Source of the DNA: an uncultured Ignavibacteriales bacterium
GTDB taxonomy: Bacteria; Zixibacteria; MSB-5A5; GN15; FEB-12
Direction: 5' to 3'
Assembly (NCBI GenBank): GCA_964396245.1
Contig: CAYNEO010000004.1
Coordinates: 72,402 to 136,401, forward strand
Length of the DNA: 64,000 bases
Position numbers and translations under genes: made by a program
Notes under the pieces: generated by a model
Seen by the model: only the letters and a program-made list of their open reading frames with translations
What the model was told of the DNA's origin: nothing
Databases searched by the model: none
Part shown: positions 50,772 through 60,171 of the stretch, piece by piece
How the letters are laid out: the number at the start of each line of letters is the position of its first letter
Position numbering within the stretch: position 1 is the first letter of the stretch

Positions 50772-52238
50772 TCAATACTTTGACATGCCGGCTTCTTTGA
50801 GTTTCTTCAGCTCGCTGTAGGGCAGTTGCTTACCCTCGGCCTTCTCGCGCATGTACTTTTTCGTGAGGCCGACAACGGTTCCGGAAAGTACAATGAGGGC
50901 AATAAGATTAGGGATGGCCATCATCCCGTTGGCCGTGTCGGCGTATGACCAGACCGCCTCCAGGTCGAGCCTCGCCCCGAGCAGCGTAAAGACGATGAAA
51001 ATCCACTTGTAGGGCATTTTGGCTTTCGGACCGAACAGGTATTCGATCCCCTTCTCGCCGTAATACGACCACGACAGGACAGTGGAATAAGCAAACAGCA
51101 GCACGCCGACAACCACCATCCACCGGCCGTAAATGGGCAGAGCGGATTCAAACGCCGCCATAGTCAGGGCCACGCCGGTTTCACCGCTTTTCCACAATCC
51201 GCTCGTCAGAATCACGAGCGCGGTCATCGAACAGATCACGATCGTGTCGATAAACGGTCCGAGCATCGCCACCAGACCCTCACGCACCGGCTCGTCGACC
51301 TTGGCGGTCGAGTGCGCCATCGGCGCCGACCCCTGTCCGGCTTCGTTGGAAAACAGTCCCCGCCGCAGGCCCCACGAAATCGTCAACCATATGGTCACAC
51401 CGCTCGCCGACCCGCCGACAACCGCGGTCGGACTGAAGGCGTGATGGAAAATCATGCCCAATGCGGGCAGGATCTGATCATACTGGATTAGCAGGATGAT
51501 GAGCGCCGAAAGGCAATACACCACCGACATGAACGGCACGAGCACCGATGCCACCCGGCCGATTCGTTTTATGCCGCCGATGATGACAATCCCAACCATG
51601 CACGCAACGAAAATCCCGATACCCCACCTGACCAGACCTTCGGCTGCCGGACTTACCCCAAAACTGTCCACCAGCGCGTGCGCCAGCGTGTTCGACTGCG
51701 CCATGTTTCCCGAGCCAAAGGCAGCGATAGCGGTACAGAACGCGAACAAGTATGCCAGCGGTTTGAAATACCGATGCATCCCCATTTCGATGTAATACAT
51801 CGGTCCGCCGCGGATATTTCCGCTCGGCTCGACTTTGCGAAACCGGATCGCCAGCGTGCATTCGGAATACTTTATCGCCATCCCGAAAAAGGCCGACACC
51901 CACATCCAGAAAATCGCCCCCGGTCCGCCCCAGTAAATGGCTAACGCCACCCCGGCGATATTCCCGATGCCGATGGTCGCGCTCAACGCCGCCGCCAACG
52001 CCTGAAAATGCGTCAACTGACCTTCCATCGCCGGATCGTCGTATTTGCCGCTGGTAATCGCGACGCCGTGCGAGAATCCGCGTATCTGGATGAATAGCGT
52101 CCGGAGTGTCAGAACAAGACCGGTGAGCAGAAGGATGGGAACGATTGAAATCAGCAGGCCGGTAAGACCTTCGCCGCCCCAGACGAAGTTCGAGATTGCC
52201 TTGAGCACCGTGGTGAGAATGTCATTCAGATGATTCAT
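50772..52238 (-). CDS. sodium:alanine (AGCS family) symporter
   Basis: FQALAAALSATIGIGNIAGVALAIYWGGPGAIFWMW is the AGCS signature region. ATG 52238 (MNHLNDIL) lies inside the tracked TTG-started ORF. Confidence 0.88.
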   Translation of the reverse strand: MNHLNDILTTVLKAISNFVWGGEGLTGLLISIVPILLLTGLVLTLRTLFIQIRGFSHGVAITSGKYDDPAMEGQLTHFQALAAALSATIGIGNIAGVALAIYWGGPGAIFWMWVSAFFGMAIKYSECTLAIRFRKVEPSGNIRGGPMYYIEMGMHRYFKPLAYLFAFCTAIAAFGSGNMAQSNTLAHALVDSFGVSPAAEGLVRWGIGIFVACMVGIVIIGGIKRIGRVASVLVPFMSVVYCLSALIILLIQYDQILPALGMIFHHAFSPTAVVGGSASGVTIWLTISWGLRRGLFSNEAGQGSAPMAHSTAKVDEPVREGLVAMLGPFIDTIVICSMTALVILTSGLWKSGETGVALTMAAFESALPIYGRWMVVVGVLLFAYSTVLSWSYYGEKGIEYLFGPKAKMPYKWIFIVFTLLGARLDLEAVWSYADTANGMMAIPNLIALIVLSGTVVGLTKKYMREKAEGKQLPYSELKKLKEAGMSKY

Positions 52239-52637
52239 CGGCACTTCGTAGATAAATATCCGTGACACAAATGGCAAGTTTAAACTGGGGTGAAACGGCT
52301 CCACAATCCCACGACCGGTGAAAATCCCTGAATACAAATGGGGCCGGCGTGTAGCCGGCCCCGGGACCGGACTTTCTTAATCCACCGGTCCTGACATTGG
52401 CCTCTCTCCTGACAGATGGAGAGGTAGGTGGGCAACTATGTCGTCGACCTTTGAAGGTGTTTCAAACGTCGCCGCTGCTGTCCATATAACAAATCCGCTG
52501 CCGAATAAATCTTCGTTGAACAATAACGGATTAGCCGCTGTTGATAAGAGAAAACATGAGGGATCATATCGATATGTCGGGTATGGCATCAACAGGGAAA
52601 GCGTCATTAATTCGTTGCGCTCGGACACGCCTCTTGA

Positions 52638-53981
<1,344 letters not shown>

Positions 53982-54015
53982 GTGAACCAGACTTAGGGGG
54001 ATAAAACCGAACGTG

Positions 54016-54046
54016 ACAGGCCGCCTAGGCGGCCTGTTGCGTTTTG
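54016..54046 (+). terminator. intrinsic terminator after eno
   Basis: ACAGGCCGC-ctag-GCGGCCTGT followed by TGCGTTTTG. Confidence 0.6.
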
Positions 54047-54149
54047 TCCGTTTTATGCACAACCTTCAGCCCCATTTTCTTACAGAATGAGACCAGAAGG
54101 GCATTCCGGATAATTTCGCCCCGGCCTGAGGTCGATAATAGCCTCAGGT

Positions 54150-54698
54150 ATGAGAACTCTACTGTGGGCGAGATTAGTAATCCTGGCCGGAATCATTGCT
54201 GTTATCGGAATACGGTGCGATCAGGCCGAAGCACCCGGAATTTCCGCCGCGCCGCCGCTGGCCGACACGCTGTTGACCGTATTCAGCGATATGAGCTCGG
54301 CCCTCAGGGCCAACGAGCCGGACAGCTTTTTCGCGCTCATACACCCCGATGATGCCAAGAGCCTTCAGGAGCTGTCCGCAAGACACGGCTACAGTTCGCT
54401 CAAGGTCTACTTGCAGTCGCAGTTGCACGGGTGGCCGGACCTCGACACGCTGTGGTACGGTGATATAAGGGCGAACGGCATGTACGCGCGCCTGACCATG
54501 ATCGGCCCCGGCACCAGGATCGGGCAGGACCGGGAACGCCGACGATATACCTTCCTATTGTTCAAGCGCGATGGTGACCGCTGGAAACTCTCGGCCATGT
54601 CAACGCTCGAAAAGGAGCGCTACGACCCGTACGGTTACAAAGTGACTTACCACGAAACGGATCTCCCGCCAAAGCTTCGATTTCCCCGCCAGTTCTGA
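54150..54698 (+). CDS. hypothetical secreted protein (NTF2-like?)
   Basis: N-terminal signal/TM. FLLFKRDGDRWKL segment. Inserted between eno and ftsB. Confidence 0.45.
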   Translation: MRTLLWARLVILAGIIAVIGIRCDQAEAPGISAAPPLADTLLTVFSDMSSALRANEPDSFFALIHPDDAKSLQELSARHGYSSLKVYLQSQLHGWPDLDTLWYGDIRANGMYARLTMIGPGTRIGQDRERRRYTFLLFKRDGDRWKLSAMSTLEKERYDPYGYKVTYHETDLPPKLRFPRQF

Positions 54699-54794
54699 CA
54701 TGACTGGCAGTACTGGTCCAACACCTGGCGTTTCATTTTGCGTCTTGCCGGTTTTTTTCTTGCATCGTGATTCGGCTGTTTTCATTATAGCTGC

Positions 54795-55157
54795 ATGCCG
54801 CGCCGTGTAAAAAAGCAGCCGTCCCTCTTCGCGCCGGCCGGAAATCTCATCAAGCGTCTGTCGGATACCGATGTGCGCTTGCGGCGGAAGATCGTGAAGG
54901 CGGGTTTGTGGACCATCGCACTGCTCTTCATCTATTCCTTCATGAGCGGCACCTACGGAATTCCCCGAATTATCCGCCTTGAACTGGAAAAAAAGTCGCT
55001 TGTCGCGGCAAACCGTCAGCTGGTAGTGGAATTGATCGATGCCGAGCGCACGCGGAGAATGCTGGAGAACGATCCTGTCTATATCGAGTACATTGCCCGC
55101 ACCCGGTATCACATGGCCTATCCGGCGGAGACCATTTATCGCTACCGCGGCCAGTAA
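54795..55157 (+). CDS. ftsB: septum formation initiator family protein (FtsB/DivIC-like)
   Basis: Single TM followed by a coiled coil (LELEKKSLVAANRQLVVELIDAE) and DPVYIEYIARTRYHM. Classical position after eno. Confidence 0.75.
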   Translation: MPRRVKKQPSLFAPAGNLIKRLSDTDVRLRRKIVKAGLWTIALLFIYSFMSGTYGIPRIIRLELEKKSLVAANRQLVVELIDAERTRRMLENDPVYIEYIARTRYHMAYPAETIYRYRGQ

Positions 55158-55162
55158 ACGCC

Positions 55163-55957
55163 ATGCCTCTCGAAAAATCCGAAGCCATTATCCTGAAGAC
55201 CTTTAACTGGTCGGAATCATCGCGTGCCGTTCACTTTTTCACGGAGAAATTCGGCCGGATGCCCCTGATGGACCGAGCCGGACGCTCCGTGAAGTCGAAA
55301 CGGGGGCGGCTCTTGCCGTTCGCGCGCATGGAGATCACGTTCTATGTCTCCGAAAAAGAATCTACCGGCTACCTCTCCGACAGCGATCTGATCGAACTGT
55401 TCTCATTCGAGAAAGAGGGCACACTGGGCCGATTGGCCTACGGTTCGGCGGCGTGTGAACTGCTGTACCGGTTACTGCCGGAACAGGAGCCGCTACCGGA
55501 TCTGTACACGTATCTTATGTCGTATCTGCGCTATATCGACCGAAGCGACCGCCGTTTCTTGCCGGCACTCTTCCTCGCGTTTTTTCTGCGCCTGCTCTCG
55601 CAGCTCGGGTATCACCCGTCAATCGAATACTGCGTGGTCTGCGGCCAGGAAGTGAGCGAATTTATCGGCGAGGGGAAAACCGTGGCGTTCTCGCCCGAGC
55701 GAGGCGGAATCGTATCTCCGGCTTGCCAAAAGCCCGGAGAGTATTATATTGACCTGACTTTAGCCGACCATCGTCGGCTGATGACTCTTCAGCGAGCTTC
55801 CCTGCACGAGGCGGCGTCGATCGCAGTCGGATACCAGGAGGCTGTGCGATTGATCGATGCGCTGGCTAAGTTTCTCAGTTACCAGGCCGATATCAAATCG
55901 GAATTGAAATCGCTGGAGTTCCTGGAAAAGCTAAAAGGCAGTCAACTGAATGGATAA
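55163..55957 (+). CDS. recO: DNA repair protein RecO
   Basis: N-terminal OB fold (EAIILKTFNWSESSR) and Zn-finger Cys pairs (CVVCG ... SPAC). Confidence 0.88.
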   Translation: MPLEKSEAIILKTFNWSESSRAVHFFTEKFGRMPLMDRAGRSVKSKRGRLLPFARMEITFYVSEKESTGYLSDSDLIELFSFEKEGTLGRLAYGSAACELLYRLLPEQEPLPDLYTYLMSYLRYIDRSDRRFLPALFLAFFLRLLSQLGYHPSIEYCVVCGQEVSEFIGEGKTVAFSPERGGIVSPACQKPGEYYIDLTLADHRRLMTLQRASLHEAASIAVGYQEAVRLIDALAKFLSYQADIKSELKSLEFLEKLKGSQLNG

Positions 55958-55963
55958 GACACT

Positions 55964-57301
55964 ATGAGCGCGAAGAACAAAGAAGACTTGATGGATAAAC
56001 TGGTATCGTTGTGTAAACGGCGGGGTTTTGTGTTCCCGTCCTCGGAAATCTACGGAGGTCTCGGTTCCACTTGGGATTACGGCCCGCTCGGCGCGGAATT
56101 GAAACGGAACCTCAAAACCTTCTGGTGGGATGCCATGACCAACCGCCGCGACGATATCGAGGGTCTCGATGCCGCTATCCTCATGCACCCGCAGGTCTGG
56201 CACACCTCCGGCCATGTCAGCGAGTTCACCGACCCGCTGGTTGACTGCAAGACCTGCAAAGGACGCTTCCGAGCCGATAAGCTCGAGGAATGTCGATGTT
56301 TGCTCAAGCCTTCGAAAACCCCGCTCGAATGCGGCGGCGAGCTCACCGATGCCCGGAAATTCAATCTGATGTTCAAGACGTTTATGGGTCCCGTAGAAGA
56401 CGACTCGAATATTATCTACATTCGCCCCGAGACGGCCCAGGGCATTTATGTTAACTTCCTGAATGTCAAGAATTCATCGCGCCAGAAAATCCCTTTTGGC
56501 ATCGCCCAGATCGGCAAAGCCTTCCGAAATGAAATCACTCCCGGCAATTTCATTTTTCGGACCCGCGAGTTTGAGCAGATGGAGATGCAGTATTTCATTC
56601 ATCCCAGTGAGGATGAAAAGTGGTTCGAGTACTGGCGAGAGCAGCGGTGGGAGTGGTATCTGACCCTCGGGCTCCGCGAAGAGAAACTCCGCTGGCATAA
56701 ACATGAAAAAGATGAATTGGCCCACTACGCCAAGGCAGCTTACGATATCGAATATGAATTTCCCTTTGGGTGGCAGGAACTTGAGGGTGTTCACAACCGC
56801 TATGATTTCGACCTCAGCCGACATATGGAAGCGACCAAAAAAGACATGCGGTACACCGATGAACGCTTCACTGAAAAGTTTATTCCATATATCATAGAGA
56901 CTTCCGCCGGCTGCGACCGCACTCTGCTCACGCTCCTGGTCGACGGTTACGATGAAATGGAGGTCAAGGGGGAGAAGCGCGTATTCCTCAGGCTGTCGCC
57001 GAAGATCGCCCCGATCAAGGCGGCCGTCTTCCCGCTGGTCAAAAAGGAAGGCATGCCGGAGTTCGCAACCAGAGTGTACGAAGAGCTCAAAAAGCGATTC
57101 AAGGTGTTTTACGATGAGTCCGGCGCGGTGGGACGGCGTTATGCCCGGATGGACGAAGCCGGCTGCCCGTACTGTATCACTATCGATGGTCAGACGCTGG
57201 AAGACGAGACGATGACTGTCAGGGAGCGTGATACCATGGATCAGACTCGCATGAAGATTGGCGAGATCATCGACTTTCTCGATTCAAAAACACGGATTTA
57301 A
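55964..57301 (+). CDS. glyQS: glycine--tRNA ligase (dimeric GlyQS type)
   Basis: RRGFVFPSSEIYGGLGSTWDYGPLG, FRNEITPGNFIFRTREFEQME. Confidence 0.95.
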   Translation: MSAKNKEDLMDKLVSLCKRRGFVFPSSEIYGGLGSTWDYGPLGAELKRNLKTFWWDAMTNRRDDIEGLDAAILMHPQVWHTSGHVSEFTDPLVDCKTCKGRFRADKLEECRCLLKPSKTPLECGGELTDARKFNLMFKTFMGPVEDDSNIIYIRPETAQGIYVNFLNVKNSSRQKIPFGIAQIGKAFRNEITPGNFIFRTREFEQMEMQYFIHPSEDEKWFEYWREQRWEWYLTLGLREEKLRWHKHEKDELAHYAKAAYDIEYEFPFGWQELEGVHNRYDFDLSRHMEATKKDMRYTDERFTEKFIPYIIETSAGCDRTLLTLLVDGYDEMEVKGEKRVFLRLSPKIAPIKAAVFPLVKKEGMPEFATRVYEELKKRFKVFYDESGAVGRRYARMDEAGCPYCITIDGQTLEDETMTVRERDTMDQTRMKIGEIIDFLDSKTRI

Positions 57302-57379
57302 AGCGTAAGCCCCTGTAGGTCAAATACAAAGGTCCGCGTGTCCGACGGACACGTCATTCAGGACCGAGGCAAGCTGCTT

Positions 57380-57637
57380 TCAAATGCTCCAGATATGCCG
57401 TTCGAGTGCGTGCGCGATGTCCTGGATCGTCGGGTACATCTTGGGATTCTTTTCTCTGGGACGCCTCCGCTGGTCCCTGAGCGCCTGACCATTGATAATA
57501 ACCGTCGGTGATTTCACCGGCTGGTCAGACTCAATAATCTTCGCCAGAATACCCCGTTCCCGAACGAATCGCTTGACGAAATCACTTGCTTCGGTCTGAA
57601 CGGGATCCTTCCTCGAATATATCAGACCGATTTCCAT
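57380..57637 (-). CDS. hypothetical small protein
   Basis: 85-aa ORF starting at ATG 57637 (MEIGLIYSRKD...). No family recognised and no Cys residues. Confidence 0.35.
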   Translation of the reverse strand: MEIGLIYSRKDPVQTEASDFVKRFVRERGILAKIIESDQPVKSPTVIINGQALRDQRRRPREKNPKMYPTIQDIAHALERHIWSI

Positions 57638-57710
57638 ATCCACCCCGTTCCATTTTACTTGCAAGTTCTGTCAAAGCAGTAGACCAGTCAACAACAATGT
57701 ATATTCCTCT

Positions 57711-57751
57711 AACGTTTCTCGCAAAAGAAACGTTTCAAAGTTTTCGCGAAA
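57711..57751. promoter_or_regulatory. two adjacent palindromes upstream of sodB
   Basis: AACGTTTCT-N6-AGAAACGTT (57711-57734) and TTTCGCGAAA (57742-57751). Confidence 0.35.
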
Positions 57752-58011
57752 TGTGACCGCGCCGTTAGAAATTCATGAGAAAGCTGGACCCACGAGTCGC
57801 TTTTTCTGTTATATCAGGCAAGCAACCCTGGTCAGGTCTCCGCGAACCGTCGCACCAGCGGAAAACTCCGGTGATTGAATGTTATTGTCGGGCAGTAATA
57901 AACCGGCCCTCGTGTGGACCGGGCGATCCGGATTCCACCGATTACAATGCGAATTTGGATAAAGATCTTTTCATAAGTAGCCGCAGTACGATACGTAAAG
58001 GAGGAAAAAAA

Positions 58012-58590
58012 ATGGCATTTGAATTACCAAGCCTGCCGTACGCCAAAGATGCCCTGGCGCCGCATATCTCCCAGGAAACGCTGGAATACCACCACGGCAA
58101 GCACCATCAGGCGTATGTAAACAAGATCAACGATCTTGTTAAGGGCACGGAGTTTGAAAAGGCCTCACTTGAGGACATTATCAAGAAAGCTGAAGGCGGC
58201 ACATTCAATAACGGCGCCCAGGTGTGGAATCACACTTTCTACTGGAATTGCCTGAGCCCCAAGGGAGGCGGTGAACCGTCGGGCGCCCTCGCCGACGCCA
58301 TCAACAAAGCGTTCGGCTCCTTTGACAAGTTCAAAGAGAAATTTACCGCCACCGCGGCCGGCACTTTCGGGTCAGGATGGGCCTGGCTCGTCAAAAACTC
58401 CGACGGTTCTCTGGAGATTGTCAGCAAGAGCAACGCCAACAACCCGATACGGGACGGGAAAACGCCGATACTGACTTGCGATGTCTGGGAGCACGCTTAC
58501 TACATCGATTACCGCAACGCCCGCCCGAAATATATCGAGGCCTTCTGGAATCTCGTGAACTGGGATTTCGCCGCCAAGAATTTCGGCTAG
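58012..58590 (+). CDS. sodB: Fe/Mn superoxide dismutase
   Basis: [40 protein letters not shown] upstream of ATG 58012. The tracked ORF 57775.. carries a spurious N-terminal extension. Confidence 0.95.
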   Translation: MAFELPSLPYAKDALAPHISQETLEYHHGKHHQAYVNKINDLVKGTEFEKASLEDIIKKAEGGTFNNGAQVWNHTFYWNCLSPKGGGEPSGALADAINKAFGSFDKFKEKFTATAAGTFGSGWAWLVKNSDGSLEIVSKSNANNPIRDGKTPILTCDVWEHAYYIDYRNARPKYIEAFWNLVNWDFAAKNFG

Positions 58591-58630
58591 AGCTGTTCAA
58601 ATTCACAAAAGTGTGGCAGTTGAGAGTCAG

Positions 58631-58661
58631 CCGGGCCGATTGCGAAATGCAATCGGCCCGG
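58631..58661 (+). terminator. hairpin terminator after sodB
   Basis: CCGGGCCGATTGC-gaaat-GCAATCGGCCCGG. The U-tract is weak (TATGTTT). Confidence 0.6.
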
Positions 58662-58707
58662 TATGTTTATGCTATAGTCTAAGATAAGGATTAACGGCGG
58701 ATATGGT

Positions 58708-59763
58708 TCAGGCCAGTGTGACCCAGATGTCGGAAAACGGCTCGACCTTGCCGATGGACTCGTGGGGGAGACCATGCTTCTTCAATTCGCTCGCAAACTC
58801 GGTCGCCTGAGATTCTGGAATCGCGATAAAGAGACCCCCCGAAGTCTGCGGGTCGAAGGCGACGATATTAATTCTCCGGTCAACCGCGTCATCGACAAGG
58901 GCTTTGCCCTCCAGGAACTCCCGGTTGTCATTCGCCCCGCCCGGAATCATGCCGGCTTCCGCCATCTCGAGCGCTTCCGGCAGCAGCGGCAGCCTATCCG
59001 CAAATAGCCGGATAGTCGCGTTCGATGCCGTGGCCATCTCGTAAGCGTGTCCCAGCAGGCCGTATCCCGTGATATCAGTCGCCGCATGCACGTCGTATTG
59101 CAGCATCAATTCACAGGCAGCCCGGTTCAGCTGGGCCATCTGCTTTATGACAACGTCTGTCAATTCGGCACTCGCCTTATTGCGCTTGATACCGGTCGTA
59201 ATCAACCCGGTCCCCAGACGCTTCGTAAGAAACAGGACATCACCCGGTTTCGCACCCGAATTGAGAATAATCCGGTTTGGGTCGATCAAGCCGGTAGCGG
59301 CAATCCCGTATTTGAGCTCGGTATCCTTGATCGAATGCCCGCCGACCACTATTGCCCCGGCCTCCTCGACTTTCTCTTTTCCCCCGCGCAGAATATCGCC
59401 CAGTATCTCCGCCGGCAGGGTACCCTTCGGGAAGGCGACAATGTTCAGGGCGGTGATCGGTCGTCCGCCCATCGCAAAAATGTCCGACAGGGCGTTCGCC
59501 GCCGCTATCTGCCCGAAAAAGTACGGATCATCGACAATTGGCGGGAAAAAATCCACCGTCTGCACGAGAGCCAGATTCTCGGAGATCCGAAATACCCCGG
59601 CGTCATCGGCAGTATTGTAGCCGACCAGCAAGTCCGGGTGAGTTGTCTGCGGCACGGTGGCCAGCACTTCCGCCAAAAACTTTGGCGCCAGCTTAGAGGC
59701 TCAACCCGCACACGTGACCTGGGCGGTCAGCTTGATCAAGTTTTCTTTTCGTTTGTCGTCCAT
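58708..59763 (-). CDS. selD: selenide, water dikinase SelD, selenocysteine-containing (in-frame UGA at 59703..59701)
   Basis: The tracked ORF starts at 59676, but the frame continues upstream through a single TGA to ATG 59763: MDDKRKENLIKLTAQVTCAG-U-ASKLAPKFLAEVLATV... The U-x-x-K spacing matches the SelD catalytic Cys/Sec-Lys loop. Confidence 0.8.
59668..59703 (-). promoter_or_regulatory. UGA codon plus candidate bacterial SECIS hairpin
   Basis: 13 nt after the UGA: CGCCAAA-guu-UUUGGCG, a 7-bp stem. Confidence 0.45.
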
Positions 59764-60171
59764 ACAGGTTCCTAAGATACCACCCTGCCTCTCCAAGAGC
59801 AACCATTCTCAGACGGCGCCGGTTACCGGCTGGGATGTCGATTAAAACAGCCTCTGCCGGAGGATGTTCAAAAAACGAACAGAAATTAGCCCGCCGAACC
59901 GCTACAAACTATTCCGTTTCTTCCGATTAAATACACAAGGGTCCGCCCGAAAAGACGGATTCCAGAGGTATGGAACGATATTTCGCCACCATGGGAAACA
60001 GACGGGCTGATAACAGATACTCAAAGGGCAGGCGAGGTCCATCCGGCCATGACGTTCCATACATTTCCAATGCGTGGTCGCCTCCGGTGATCCCGAGCCG
60101 GCGGTGGGCACTATTGCAGATGGTTGCGGATTAAAAAACGGCATCTTGCGTGACAGGTTTGAGAGGGTCAA

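Noticed and set aside
57665-57673. In-frame TGA three codons upstream of the 94-aa minus-strand ORF, considered as a possible second selenocysteine codon
   Set aside because: The upstream frame reads ...TLLLTGLLL-TGA-QN with no Cys or redox motif, no plausible start, and no hairpin downstream.
57775-58011. 79-aa N-terminal extension of the sodB ORF in the track
   Set aside because: The canonical SOD N-terminus [10 protein letters not shown] starts at ATG 58012 with a perfect AAGGAGG SD. The extension has no homology and would bury the SD inside the coding region.
59764-60171. Search for tRNA-Sec (selC) or another tRNA in the selD upstream spacer (ACTCAAA loop-like string; CGCCACCA string)
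   Set aside because: A C occupies the position required for U33 next to the putative UCA anticodon. No T-arm (GTTCGAATC-like) or acceptor pairing could be built around either string.
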